This document shows, in pieces, positions 40,125-52,813 of a stretch of DNA of 64,000 nucleotides; within the stretch, counting starts at the first letter, position 1, and the number at the start of each line of letters is the position of its first letter. A program made the translations under genes and the position numbers. Under the pieces are notes generated by a model that was not told the DNA's origin, made no database searches, and worked only from the letters and a program-made list of their open reading frames with translations. The stretch comes from Octopus sinensis (taxonomy: Eukaryota), in NCBI RefSeq assembly GCF_006345805.1, contig NC_043024.1, positions 3,224,001-3,288,000 of the forward strand, in the 5' to 3' direction.

Positions 40125-40790
40125 TTATGCATCTGATACCACTACACATATCACATTTTCCATTCTGACATTCCTGCATTGCTCAGCTTCAGTAACTCCA
40201 TTGCCCTCACATGTCTTGGAGCCCTTGTGGACTGTTGCACATTCCTCTCTTGTATCCCATGTTGTCTGCTCCCACTCTTTATAATTGATGTTGAAGGCAT
40301 TCAGTGAAGCTTTCAATGTGTCTCTGTATAGTATTTCGTTTGGCCTCTCCACTATGGTGGAGTTTGCTGTAGAACATTTTCTTTGAGATCCAAAACAATT
40401 TCTGACATATAAACTCCAAGACCTGCCCAGCACAGTGCATCAGTATTGTATGGATACCAGGAAGTTTGGCATGAGAGAGATCCTCTCTATCAAGAATCTT
40501 GTCTTGTCATTAAATGCAAATAATTCTTCCGAAGCAGGTGGTATGGGAGAGATTGAACTTCCTTGTATGTTATTGATAAGTGGTCCACACTTCACAGCCA
40601 CTTAAGGCAGCACTGGCCTTGGTGAATCTGATATTCTATTCATCATCAATGATGACAGTTAGAGCGTGCATGTTTCCCTGGTTGGTGAACTTGTCCACCA
40701 CATTCAGCCATCATTCATTGATGAAGAAGTTGGGTCCAGTGTATGTCTTTCCTGGAACAAGTTTTAATCATCATTGAGAACTCAGCAACA
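40125..40790 (-). mobile_element. Decayed RTE LINE RT C-terminal fragment
   Basis: Minus strand GCEVWTTY... and YRDTLKASLNAFNINYKEWE. Confidence 0.7.
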
Positions 40791-40920
40791 ATGAACCATT
40801 GTCTGTAGGAGTTGGCAAGTTATTTTCTTATAATCATCATCATATCTTCCTCTGCCTCTTTCTCCCCTCCTTCTCCTCATATCATTAAGTATTAATTATG
40901 TTGTGCTGATAAGTATATTT

Positions 40921-40955
40921 TATTTTTAATCTTTTTTTATTCTGTTTTCTTGCAG
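40921..40955 (+). promoter_or_regulatory. Splice acceptor of the coding exon
   Basis: Long polypyrimidine tract ending TTTTCTTGCAG, 173 nt upstream of the ATG. Confidence 0.7.
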
Positions 40956-41128
40956 AGTGAAATAACAGCAACAACTCCAGCAATAACACCAATGAAAACC
41001 TGAAATCAAACTGATACAAATCAATCACTCACCCACTCAATCGATCAATCAATTAATCAGTCAGTCAATAAACTAGTTAATCAATCAATACATCAATTAA
41101 TCAATCAGTTAATCAACCATAAAATTCA

Positions 41129-42502
41129 ATGGAATCAAACAATGACAACTGGTCAGAAAAATTATCAGAAACCATTCAGAGGATCCGTAAATATGTGATA
41201 TTCGTTCTCACATATGTGGCTTACTGTATCACACGATACATCGTGTTGTTATTCCAGCGGATATCATGGGGCATCATGGGAGTAGAGTACATTCGCAGGG
41301 ACGCTCGCCGGGGACTCCAATATAAGCAGAGTGCACATGTCCAAGATATAATTTGGAGAAGGAAGTTGTATGATATCAGCATAGCACATCCAGTGAATTT
41401 CATTACGGTCCATAATGGTTTCAAACACCCGACATATGTCTTGAAACAGAAGGTGACACTCTATTGTCTCACTAAACATGAAGCTGTATTTGTTGAGACG
41501 ACAGAAAATGTCGACATATACAACTCAGATGTAATCCCAGCATTTCATAATGCTCAGTTTAAACATGCTCAAAAGATTATTACCATGCCATTAGCTTCTT
41601 TCCATAAAATGGCTTCTGATCTTGGTGATCCACGCATGCCCATCATCTGGATTTCTCGAACGTGGCGCTGTGGTTCAGCAATCATGCGACAGATGTTTGA
41701 AAGTATACCTGGTACAATGGTAATTGGTGAGCCAGATGCTTTAACAAGTTTAAGCAACCTGGAACGAGATCAAATCATTTCAAAGTCAGAATATAAGCAG
41801 CTTCTAGAAAGTACCATTCGAATTCTTTGTAAACCAAATGAACGAGCTAAGATGGTGTGTATCAAGACCAGACCATGTTGCTTCCGAATGGTGCCTGACA
41901 TCTATTCCACACAGCCATCCATTAGACATATATTTATGTACCGAAACAGCCTAAAGACAGTCACATCCGTTCTAGGAACCACACTGAATTCTAACATTCT
42001 CTTCCAAATTGTTCGTTTTATTGTTGACAACAACAGCCTCTCCAAAATACTGCCGTGTGTGCGCCGTAAGATGTATGACATGTTTGGTCATTTAAACAAA
42101 AGTGACAAAACATTGAAAGATACTGCACCAAACTTCAGCTCTGTTGGAATCATCATTGCTGGTTGGGCTTCGAGTGTTTCAAAATGTGAGGAACTTCGTA
42201 CATACAACATACCAATTCTACCAGTTATTTTTGAAGACCTCATTAAATATCCACGTAAAACTTGTGAGCTTCTCTTTGAATATTTCCATATTCCTGAAGA
42301 AAATGTAACTTTGGCAGTTGATGGTTTTCGAAAGGACACAAGACGAGCATCAACAATTCTTGCCAGGTTACCATTAAAGAATGAAACAAGAAGGAATATT
42401 GAACCAGAAAAACGAGCTGAGGCTGATGCTATTTTAAAGAAATATTCTTTACCAAAATTAGGGGAACGTTATGAAATTCCAGGATTTTTAAGTATTGATT
42501 GA
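41129..42502 (+). CDS. Uncharacterised sulfotransferase-fold (P-loop) protein, 457 aa, hydrophobic N-terminal segment
   Basis: Only long high-complexity intact ORF. IIWISRTWRCGSAIM (5'-PSB-like), VIGEPDAL, CIKTR, HIFMYRN (3'-PB-like), IFEDLIKYPRKT (YEDL-like). Coding status is strong; the family call is by motif recognition only. Confidence 0.85.
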   Translation: MESNNDNWSEKLSETIQRIRKYVIFVLTYVAYCITRYIVLLFQRISWGIMGVEYIRRDARRGLQYKQSAHVQDIIWRRKLYDISIAHPVNFITVHNGFKHPTYVLKQKVTLYCLTKHEAVFVETTENVDIYNSDVIPAFHNAQFKHAQKIITMPLASFHKMASDLGDPRMPIIWISRTWRCGSAIMRQMFESIPGTMVIGEPDALTSLSNLERDQIISKSEYKQLLESTIRILCKPNERAKMVCIKTRPCCFRMVPDIYSTQPSIRHIFMYRNSLKTVTSVLGTTLNSNILFQIVRFIVDNNSLSKILPCVRRKMYDMFGHLNKSDKTLKDTAPNFSSVGIIIAGWASSVSKCEELRTYNIPILPVIFEDLIKYPRKTCELLFEYFHIPEENVTLAVDGFRKDTRRASTILARLPLKNETRRNIEPEKRAEADAILKKYSLPKLGERYEIPGFLSID

Positions 42503-42561
42503 GTTCTTTCAAATATTTTAACTAGTCCTTATTCAATTTAGTTTAAAACTGCCAACAGTTC

Positions 42562-42609
<48 letters not shown>

Positions 42610-42612
<3 letters not shown>

Positions 42613-42830
42613 GGTGGTGGTAAGCTGGCAGAACCATTAACATGCTGGACAAAATGCTTAGTAACATTTTGCCTGTCTTTACATTCTGAGTTAAAATCCT
42701 GCCAAGGTTGACTTTGTCTTTCATCCATTTAGGGTAACTAAAATAATTACCAGCCGAACACTAGGGTCAATGTAATTGACTAACCCCCACCCAGCAAATT
42801 TTAGGCCTTGTACCTATAGTAGAAAAGATT
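42610..42830 (+). mobile_element. SINE family B
   Basis: Head/core as above, between (ATT)n tracts. Confidence 0.8.
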
Positions 42831-43849
42831 ATTATTATTATTAGTAGTAGTAGTAGTGGTAGTAGTATTAGCTGGCAGATTCTTTAAAGTGTCAGAAAAA
42901 GCACTTTGTGGTATTTGTTCTGGCTTTTTACATTTCTGGTTCAAATCCTGCTGAGGTCAACATTACCTGTCATCCCTCCATGGTCAATAAAATAGATATA
43001 CCATTGAAGAACTAGAGTCAATTCCATTCCTCCCTCTCACCTCAGACTTCTTGTGATGTGCCTAGATCAGAAACCATTGTTGTTGTTGCTATTATTATTA
43101 TTATTATTATTATTATTGTTGAGTGAGAGAGCAGTGCATATCATCAAAGTGACACTGGGGTAAAATATACAAAGTCCAGTATACTCATCTTGACTACCCA
43201 TCTGATAAGGGTACACTAGGCACATGCATCACAACCATATGTGTGCGACATGGTGATCTCATATCAAGATAAACAGCACATAACCTTGCAGGTGGGGCCC
43301 AGTTAGAATTTTCTTCAGGTTGAGTAGCCCATCCTGCTCAAAAGGTCCCTGAATAAGGGTTACTTAAGGATGTTGAATGAAACACCCATGTTTCCAGAGG
43401 TGAATTATCCAAACCTCCAAGAATTCCTCACAACACATGGCTATGATGTTCCCCCACTACTTCTGCTCGTGATCAGAGATGCACATATCATCAGCCACTA
43501 AGGGACATGCTCAACTGGTTAAGGTCAAACAACTGGCAAGCAAATCTGTGGTATTGAGCAGAATATTTGCTGTAGCCCATCTTTTATACTAAGACAAAAC
43601 AATGTACATGATATCATAGTAAGTGCTCTATAAATCAGTCACAAACCAGTACTTATTTACAATGGATAGACTTATTTGTATATCATGCATTAGTTAATAG
43701 CATGTTCAGACACTTACTGAATATTTAGATGTTCAAACTGTGTGTATTAGAAAATCTAAGATTAATTTAGTGCAGTTGCTTTGCAGTTTGTAACACCTAC
43801 ATGAAGAGACTAGCCATACGTATTCATTTTTATTTTTTATCTATTTATA

Positions 43850-44230
43850 TTCTGCTGTTTTCAGTCATCAGACTGTGGTCATGCTGGGTCACTGCCTTGA
43901 AGAACTTTAGTCAAACTAATCAACCTCTGTACTTAATTTTTTTTGTAAGCCTGGTACTTATTCTATCGATCTCTTTTGCCAAACTGCTAAATTACGGAAA
44001 TATAAACACACCAACACTGGCTGTTAAGTGGTGGTGGGACACACACACATACTCACACAAAATGAAGTTGATGATGATGATGGCCTTCTTTCAGTTTCCA
44101 TTTAACAAATCCACTCTCAAGACTTTGGTCAGATCATGGCTGTAGTAGAAGGCACTTGCCCAAGGTGCCACACAGTGGAATTGAATCTGCAACTATGTCA
44201 TTGGGAAGCAAACTTCTTACCACAGAGCCC
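43850..44230 (-). mobile_element. SINE family A, diverged
   Basis: Homology to 165-561. Confidence 0.75.
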
Positions 44231-44496
44231 TACTGAAGGCCCTTACTACAGCCAGTTCATGTCACCCTAAAGTTCACTCACAGCACTTGAGTCGATCTGA
44301 GGGTATGGTAAAAGGCACTTGCTCAATGTACTATGCAGTGGGTTGAACCCATGAACCCAGGGCCTTGTGATTGTGAAGCAAGCTTTTAAACCAACTAGCC
44401 TAAAAATAAAATGTGATTAAAACCATACAGTCATGGATGGAACACTTTTCCTGCTCACAGGTTTGTTCATGCAACAACAACAGACTACTATTGCTG

Positions 44497-44530
<34 letters not shown>

Positions 44531-45271
44531 GAGGAGGAGGAGGAGGAGGACATTAACCTTCTGAGGATCTGTTCCAATCTGAAATACAGACAAATGATTT
44601 TACTCATAACTTCATAGTCACTGTTGAGCCTCTTCACCAGAGATGAGGAATATGTGGCCCTCAAGCAGAGATTGGGGTACCAAGTGCCTTCTGAAGGGCT
44701 AAGTGTAGCCTTATGAAAAAAGTAAATACACTGAAAATAGACCAGATTGTATTTTTTCTGATTTAATTTTATTTAAAGTTTTTTTTTACAGTCAATTGTG
44801 AATTTTTGAAGAAAAATAACCCTTATTTTTTAAATACCATATTTGATGGCATAGAAGATGCATGTTTTCTGCCAAAATATGTCTAAAAATATCATCCTTG
44901 GTCCTATATGCGAAACTGAGCCTCCCATAAACTAATTTCGACCCTGACACTCACAACTATTGGCTAATTTTTTATCCTGTCTGTCCCTGCTACCTAACCT
45001 GATCAAATAATAATAATAGTATTTACTTAAACATTATTATTATACAATGATGCTTCCTGCTTATAGCTCAGATACTTTTGCTAGATTACTTCAAATATTA
45101 CATATTTTAACCTTTTTGCTACCATTTTTCTGTTGAAATAACTTCTTTTGTTTCAATTAATTTTGAAAATAATGGAGAATTTAGTAAAATAACCATGTCA
45201 TTATTAAGCTGGTGTTTGGAACATAAATGAACATGATTTTTGATGGAAAGTTTTATGAGATTTCTATAAAG

Positions 45272-45807
45272 CAGTGGTTCTCAGCCAGGATTCATATGGC
45301 CCCTGAGGGTCCATATAAGATTTTTTGGGGTTCATGCAACAAAATAGTAAATTGTATTCTAAGGACACCTTAAGTATTTTAAGGACACATGAAAAAACTT
45401 TGCTTTTGATGTATGTATTGGTGTGTATTGCAAGAAACAGTTTGGTTTTTATTAAGCAAAATAAGCATCTGCTTAGGGCAGTGGTTCTCAACCAGGGTCC
45501 ATATAAGATTTTTGGGGGCCTATGTAACAAAATAGTAAATTGGGGATCCACAATAGTATTTTAAGGGCCCCTGAAGAAGTTTTGCTTTAGATTTATGTAT
45601 TGGTATGTATTGCAAGAAACAGCTAGGTTTCTTTCTCTAACATTTTAGTTCAACATACACAAATTAATGTGCATAAAACAAAATATGAATTTTAAAAGAA
45701 ATTTCTGAAAAACTAGTTTCAAATATCAAGTGGCTATGGGGGTTCACCAGAATAAAATAGTAGTTAAAGGGGTCCATAGACAAAAACAAAATGGTTGAGA
45801 ACCCCTG
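45272..45807. mobile_element. hAT (Charlie-like) MITE with duplicated 5' end, nested in a piggyBac-like MITE (45111-45872)
   Basis: TIR CAGTGGTTCTCA(G/A)CC / GGTTGAGAACCCCTG; 8-bp TSD CTATAAAG / CTTTAAAG; second left end at 45479. Confidence 0.85.
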
Positions 45808-46329
45808 CTTTAAAGCATGAAGTTTATATCATAAAACCAAAGGTGGAGTCAGGCTTGTTGGTATCAAAAGCATCAATGCACTAAAAACCAATTTTCTTCC
45901 TGAATGTGCACTGCTGAAATAGTAGTGCACCTAATAAACATGTGTCTTTTATGCCATCAAATGCAGTATTTATTTCTTTATCTTGCTTAAAGTAATTAAG
46001 ATTATTTTGAAAACCAAAAAAAGAAAAAGAAAACCTTAAGAAATCTTTGGAAAAGTAAATTAAAAGAAGTTGGAGAAATTCTTCTGGAAATTTGCCTTCT
46101 TTTTTAATATTTTGTTATTGTTTAACAGAGTTGTTGCCAAAATATTGGATCAAATGTTATGTGTTAACTCTTTATGTTCTGAGTTCACATCTCACCACGG
46201 TCAATTTTGCCTTTTATTCTTTCAGGGTTCATTCATTTTCTCCACCCACTATTCTCATGAGGGTCATATGGTTTAGGCCCCTCCTTCATATGGTCCTATC
46301 AGAAGCAACAATCAAATTTATGGTACAGA

Positions 46330-46580
46330 GCCACAGAAACATGTTGAAGAGACAATGACTGTAACGCTTGGCTGGTAACGTTTGGCCTCCTCCACGAGAA
46401 CATGCTCTTTACTTGTAAGGATTGTGACATTCTTATTTCCAATGACTAATGGTTGCTCCCATCTGGACCTGCTCTATGTGTCTTGGGACCCACATCATTT
46501 GTGCTCCCACCCCATGCCTTCCAGAATATGTTGCAGGTTTACAGCTGGTTGTATCAGCATTGAGTGGAGACTGTGATATA
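46330..46580 (-). mobile_element. Possible RTE endonuclease N-terminal remnant
   Basis: Minus strand LVIGNKNVTILTSKEHVLVEEAKRY resembles the IGTWNV..L start of APE domains. Confidence 0.45.
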
Positions 46581-46616
46581 TTTTTTGAGATGGACTTCTT
46601 TACCTAAGGTTCAAAC

Positions 46617-47606
46617 AAGGCTGTAAGCTGGCAGAAATGTTAGCACAGTGGGCGAAATGCTTAGCGGTATTTCGTCTGTCTTTACATTCTGAGTTCAAAT
46701 TCTGCCAAGGTTGACTTTGCCTTTCATCCTTTTGGGATAAATGAATTAAGTTGCATACTGGGATTGACCTAATTGACTGGCCATCTCCCCCAAAATTTTG
46801 GGCCTTGTGCCTAGAGTAGGAAAGAATATGTGTGACAGATGATGCAGTTCAGAATGTATGGATCAAGGGCACTGGATGTTCTGAGTTCAAATCCTGCTGA
46901 GGTAAACTTTGCCTTTTATTGCTTCAGAGTAAATAAAAAAAAAAGTACTGATCCAGGACAATAGGTTAGTAAAACTGTTCCAACATCAGATACGATGCTT
47001 TGCAGTATCTTTTCCAATGTTCTGATAGTAATGCCTGGTTGCCAAACCATATCAGATCTAAAACAGTGGCCTTTCCTTTGGACAATATTGATGTAATGGA
47101 GGGCAGGGAGCGAGCAGAAACATTAGCATGCCAGATGAAATGCTTATCAGTAATTCATCTGTCTTTACATTCTGAGTTCAAATTCTGGCGAAGTTGACTT
47201 TGCCTTTCATTCTTTTGGGGTCGATAATTAAGTACCAGTTGTATACTGGTGTCGATCTAATCAACTGGCCCCCTCCCCAAAAATTTTAGGCCTTGTGCCT
47301 AGAGTAGGAAAGAATATTGGTGTGATGGAGAAGAGGAGGCTTGTATGCATATGCAACTGTCAGTTTTCCACAAAACCTTTGTCCAAACCTTCCCATATAT
47401 TTATTATTTTCTACTCTATGCATAAGGTCCGAAGTTTTTGGGGAGGGGGCCAGTTGATTAGATTGACCCCAGTACGAAACTAGTACTTAATTTATCGACC
47501 CCGAAAGTCAACCTCGGCAGAATTGGAACTCAGAACGTAAAGACAGATGAAATACCGATAAGTATTTCACCCAGCATGCTAACATTTCCGCCAGCTCACT
47601 GCCTTC
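46617..47606. mobile_element. SINE family B cluster (plus 46617-46828, plus 47105-47317, minus 47405-47606)
   Basis: Head/core homology. Confidence 0.82.
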
Positions 47607-48688
47607 TTCCCATATATTTATTGATACCAATAAATGTTTAATCTTGATGGACAGAGGTCCCAAGGAGGGGAATATTTAATCTATCAAAAATTATACTTTA
47701 TAGAAGAAATAGGAATAGCAGTAGAAATGATGAGGGTTGTTTGTAATTCAACCTGTACAAGCAGTTAACTTCACTGTGGCCTTCAGACATAAAAAAAAAG
47801 TTCCCCTCCATCACCATCACTTTGTTCTGTACTTGACCTGCTAGAATCAGCACCCAAATATTCCTCATATCACCCTCTACCAAAGAAAAATGAAACATGC
47901 TAGATATGATAGCCACATGGTTAGGTGGGAGGACTGTGTCTGGATAAAAGATGTGATGGTCATAGTTGGAACACCCTTGATTATAGGTTGTCTGCTTCAC
48001 TAAGATTGCTCTGGCTCTACATAACAAAACCCAGCAACCTTTACCTTGCTCATCTCCCCCCACCCCATCCATTGGTTCTATTTCGTTTCATTCCGCCACT
48101 ACACCCACTCTTTCTACCAACATGTACCTAATTACTTAATGGAGGGGTGGCGGTGGCTGTGGAGGTCATAACAGGAAGCATATAACAGCCATAGACTCCT
48201 CCTCCTCTTGCTCCTGCTGCTCTCATTGCCACCCTGGCCTCTGCACCCCACAGTCCTTCCCTCCCACCCCATCCCTCAGTAAACACCATGAACAGACTGG
48301 ATGACTAACAGTAATAATGGTTTGGTGGGTTGTTGGTTTATACAACACTGACGATGATGATGATGGCGGTATTGGTGTTGGTGGTGGTGATGATAGTGAT
48401 GATGATGATTCAGTCTAGTTTAGTCTAGTCCAAATGACACATCTCACCTGCAAACAAGTCTCACATAAATGAGAAAATAGGTAGATACACAGGTACATAC
48501 ACTTATATACATATATGTAAATATATATGTGTGTGTGTGTGTATGCACATACATATATATATATATATACATACATATATGCACGTATATATGTAGATGC
48601 ATATATATAATTATATATAAGTATATGTGTGTATGCATATATATAATTATATATAGATATATATATATGTGTGTGTGTGCATATATAC

Positions 48689-48727
<39 letters not shown>

Positions 48728-49549
48728 CCTACATACATATACACACACACATTGAGTGCATGCATATACATTTTTATACACATCTTCACATCTATGCGCA
48801 GTGTGTATAACAATAAGAATAATGTTTATACTTGTATGTTAACAGACTCACTAATACACACAAGCAGACATATACACATAAATAAATACACACACACACA
48901 CACACATACCTACATATCTCTATATGTATTTAGATACAAATATTTACGCGCACACACACACACACATACACATACACATATATGCAGTGGAAATATTTGT
49001 AAGAAAATGAAAGAAACAAAGTAGCCAGTTGCTGTTGTTGTCATTGTCGATGTCAGCAGCAGCAGCAGCAGTGGTGGCGGCGGCAGAGGCAGTGAAGAGG
49101 TGGGCGTTGGAAATGGAGGTGGGTGCGGAGAGGAATTAAACAAAAAGGTTGGGGAACAGGAAGCAAAGGCTTGTTTTAACCAATGTCCTTCTTTTATTAG
49201 AAATTGTAGAATACATTTGATGGGTGAATGAAACAAGGAACTTGCTTAACCTCATATTACATTCATATTACTCTGCCAAATAGAAGGCTTATTCATTGCC
49301 ATTGCTTTGTATTAATCACATATTGTCTCAGAGCTTTGAAATTTCAATGAGATTCTTTTTTTTTTCAATGAAATTTTATTCTTTCAAAGAGATTTTTTTC
49401 TTCTTTTATTCTTTTACACTTTTCAGTCATTTGACTGCAGCCATGCTAGAACACCACCTTAAAGGGTTTTAGTCAAAGAAATTGACCCCAGGACTTATTC
49501 TTTGTAAGCCTAGTATCTATGCATAAGGAGTAGACAACCACCATATATA

Positions 49550-49592
<43 letters not shown>

Positions 49593-49597
49593 TCATG

Positions 49598-49965
49598 GCA
49601 CTTCGTTGGTTACAATGACGAGGGTTCCAGTTGATCCAATCTGCTTGTGAAATTAACGTGTAAGTGGCTGAGCACTCCACAGACACATGTACCCTTATCA
49701 TAGTTCTCGGGGAGATTCAGCGTGACACAGAGTGTGACAAAGCTGGCCATTTGAAATACAGTTACAACAGAAACAGGAAGAAAGAATGAGAGAAAGTTGT
49801 GGCGAAAGAGTATAGTGGGGGTCCCCCCCCCCTCCACTGCTGGATCTTCGTGGCGCTTTAGGTGTTTTCGCTCAATAAATACTTACAATGCCTAGTCTAG
49901 GAATCGAAATCGCAATCCCACGACCAAACGTCTGCTGCACAAACCACTAGGCCATTGCACCTCCA
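49598..49965 (-). mobile_element. SINE family C
   Basis: Homologous to 28478-28848. Confidence 0.85.
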
Positions 49966-50060
49966 CACACACATATATATATATAGTTCAAATTTACAGA
50001 AAACAAAAGACAAAGACAAGTGTAAGAACAACAAGCAGATGTGTTAGTTTAATGCTGGGG

Positions 50061-50114
<54 letters not shown>

Positions 50115-50327
50115 CAGAGTGGCCCGAAAGTCAGTTTATGGCTATTCAACTATCTTTTTCACATTCATATATTAACAGTTTAGATCTTAATTATAAAAAA
50201 AATATGAAACCATTATTCTATGCTCATTTAGTTAATTGCAAGGTAGAAATCTAAATGTAATAAAATGTTTTAAAAGAAATTTCAAGTTCCTATGTGATAA
50301 CTGTAAACCTACTTTTGGGCCACCCTG
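50115..50327. mobile_element. Tc1/mariner-type MITE
   Basis: Imperfect TIRs CAGAGTGGCCCGAAAGT / ACTTTTGGGCCACCCTG in (TA)n. Confidence 0.7.
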
Positions 50328-50678
50328 TGTATATAAATATATATAATATATGTATATGTTCTTTTATGAAATAAAATAGTTACCTAGTTGACGGGTTCTG
50401 CTATGTTAATCACGAATAGGAAGTTAGTGATTATGCTACAATTTCATGCTAACAATAAGTTTTCATTCCATGTTAGTTCTATATTAGTAGCACACACATA
50501 CACACATATGTACAATGCTTTTTATGTCAAACAAATGGGAAAGGAGTGCTCAATGCATGCTGTTGAGGATATGGACAAATTCTCAGTTTCAATAAAATCT
50601 ACCTACCTACCTGCCTACATACTTATCTATCTACATACCTGCCTGCCTACCTAGATAGATAGATGGCTGGATGGATGA

Positions 50679-51679
50679 CCACCTTTAGTAATGGCCATTC
50701 TGTTGTCACCCAATTTGACACCACCACCTGGTCCTTGGCCACCTTTAGTAATGTCCACTCTGTTGTCACCCAAATCCTTGGACACCGTTAGTGGAGTCCA
50801 CTCTCTTATTAATCAGTTTAACACCAACATTGAGTAGAATCCACTCAGTTTAACAACACTACCTGGTCCTTAGATACCTTTAGCTGAGTCCATGCTATTG
50901 CCTATCAGTTTAACACCACCAACTGGTTCTAGGACATAGTAAGTGGAATCCACTCTATTGTTAATTTGTTTAACACCACCAACTCTTCCCTGCATACATT
51001 TATTCACTCAGTTCAATGCCACTCTGTGGTCCCTGGATATCTCTAGTAGAGTCCACTCAGTTTAGCATCACCATATGGTTCATGGATACCTTTAGTAGAG
51101 TCCACTCTATCATCCCTAAGTTTGACCCTACTACCTGTTCAAGGAGAACATTTAGTAGAGTCCAGTTTATTATCAATTAGTTTAACAATACCTATTTCTT
51201 TACTGCCCAGAAGGGGCTAAACATAGAGGGGACAATCAAGGACAGACAAAGGGATTAGGTCGATTATATCGACCCCAGTGCGTACCTGGTACTTACTTTA
51301 TCGACCACGAAAGGATGAAAGGCAAAGTCGACCTCGGCGGAATTTGAACTCAGAATGTTACGGCAGACAAAATACCACTAAGCATCTCACCTGGCGAGCT
51401 AACGTTTCTGCCAGCTCAACCGCCATTAGTTTAACAATACCATGTGGTCCTTGGATACAGTAAACCCTACTTTTATTATCCAGTTTCACACCACCAACTG
51501 CTCCTTGAGAACAATTAGTAGAGTGTAGTCAATTATCAGTTTGTTTAAAACCACCATGTTGTCCTTTGACTCCTTCATTACAGTCCACTCGACAATCAAT
51601 CAGTTTAACTACATCAACTTCTCCTTGAGAACATTTATTAGAATCCACTATATTCTGATTCCATTTACCAGCAACACAT
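50679..51679. repeat. Degenerate 60-bp minisatellite array
   Basis: CCACCTTTAGTA at 50679 and 50739; recurring AGTAGAGTCCACTC and CAGTTTAACACCACCA. Confidence 0.8.
51193..51424 (-). mobile_element. SINE family B with 17-bp target-site duplication
   Basis: ATTAGTTTAACAATACC at 51176-51192 and 51425-51441. Confidence 0.9.
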
Positions 51680-51829
51680 GCTAAGAGGGTGTGTATCAAA
51701 ACCAGACCATGTTGCTTCTGAATGGTTCCACTTAGTCACCCATTAGACATATATTTATGTATCGAAACAGCCTGAAGACAGTCACATCCATTCTAGGAAC
51801 CATACTGAATTCTAACATTCTTTTCCAAA
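51680..51829 (+). pseudogene. Decayed partial copy of the 457-aa gene
   Basis: Aligns to 41846-42008; CGA>TGA at 51719 and a short deletion. Confidence 0.92.
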
Positions 51830-52274
51830 AAACTGGATTGTCATGGTGGGAAGCTAGTGTTATCCTAGATAGATTGTTCCTGAGTAGATGACAGGATTGA
51901 CACATTTGGAACAACTCTGACCATATCTGTTCAATCAGAGATGGTTGTGCAGACCTGGCGCTTAAACAACTACCAAACACCAACATCCTACAAGAGTCTC
52001 CACGTAGTCATTAGACAGGCTAGAAAGAGCAGCCAAATTTACCTTAACTCTCACTTTTCTATTTGTTTAGATAAGCGGGTAGGGAAAAATTTCTAAAGAA
52101 AAAAGGTCTGTGGGCAAATCACAAGTTCTAAGTCTTATATCTGTGTAAATCTTGTATATAACTATGTATAATTCGATATACATTAATAAAGATAAGTTTA
52201 ACACGTTAAAGTGACACATATCTTCATTAACACCACCACTGAATTTAGGATGTTTCTATTACTTATGAGGTACT

Positions 52275-52653
52275 ACTCTTTTACTTGTCTCAGTCATTTG
52301 ACTGCTGCCATGCAGGAGCACCGCCTTTAGTCGAGCAAATTGACCCCAGGACTTATTCTTTGGAAGCTTAGTACTTATTCTATCGGTCTCTTTTACCGAA
52401 CCGCTAAGTTACGGGGACGTAAACACACCAACATCGGTTGTCAAGCGATGTTGGGGGACAAACACAGACACACACACACACATATACATGACGGGCTTCT
52501 TTCAGTTTCTGTCTACCAAATCCACTGACAAGGGTTTGGTTGGCCTGAGGCCATAGTAGAAGACACTTGTGCAAGGTGCCACGCAGTGGGACTGAACCCG
52601 GAACCATGTGGTTGGTAAGCAAGCTACTTACCACACAAACACTCCTGCACCTA
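52275..52653 (-). mobile_element. SINE family A
   Basis: Homology to 165-561. Confidence 0.87.
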
Positions 52654-52813
52654 TATATATTCTATATTTTTCAAAATGTACCTATCTTAATGTTGGAGAA
52701 ATCATAACAATCAAGCACAGGCTGAATTTAATTTTGAAAAATTACATTAATACTTAAATAACATTATTTAAGTGAAATATTTAAACAAATTTATCCTAGT
52801 GATAATTTTATCA

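Noticed and set aside
43120-43615. Higher-complexity segment after (ATT)n, possibly an interspersed repeat or 3' UTR
   Set aside because: Single copy in the window, with no termini or motifs to support a call.
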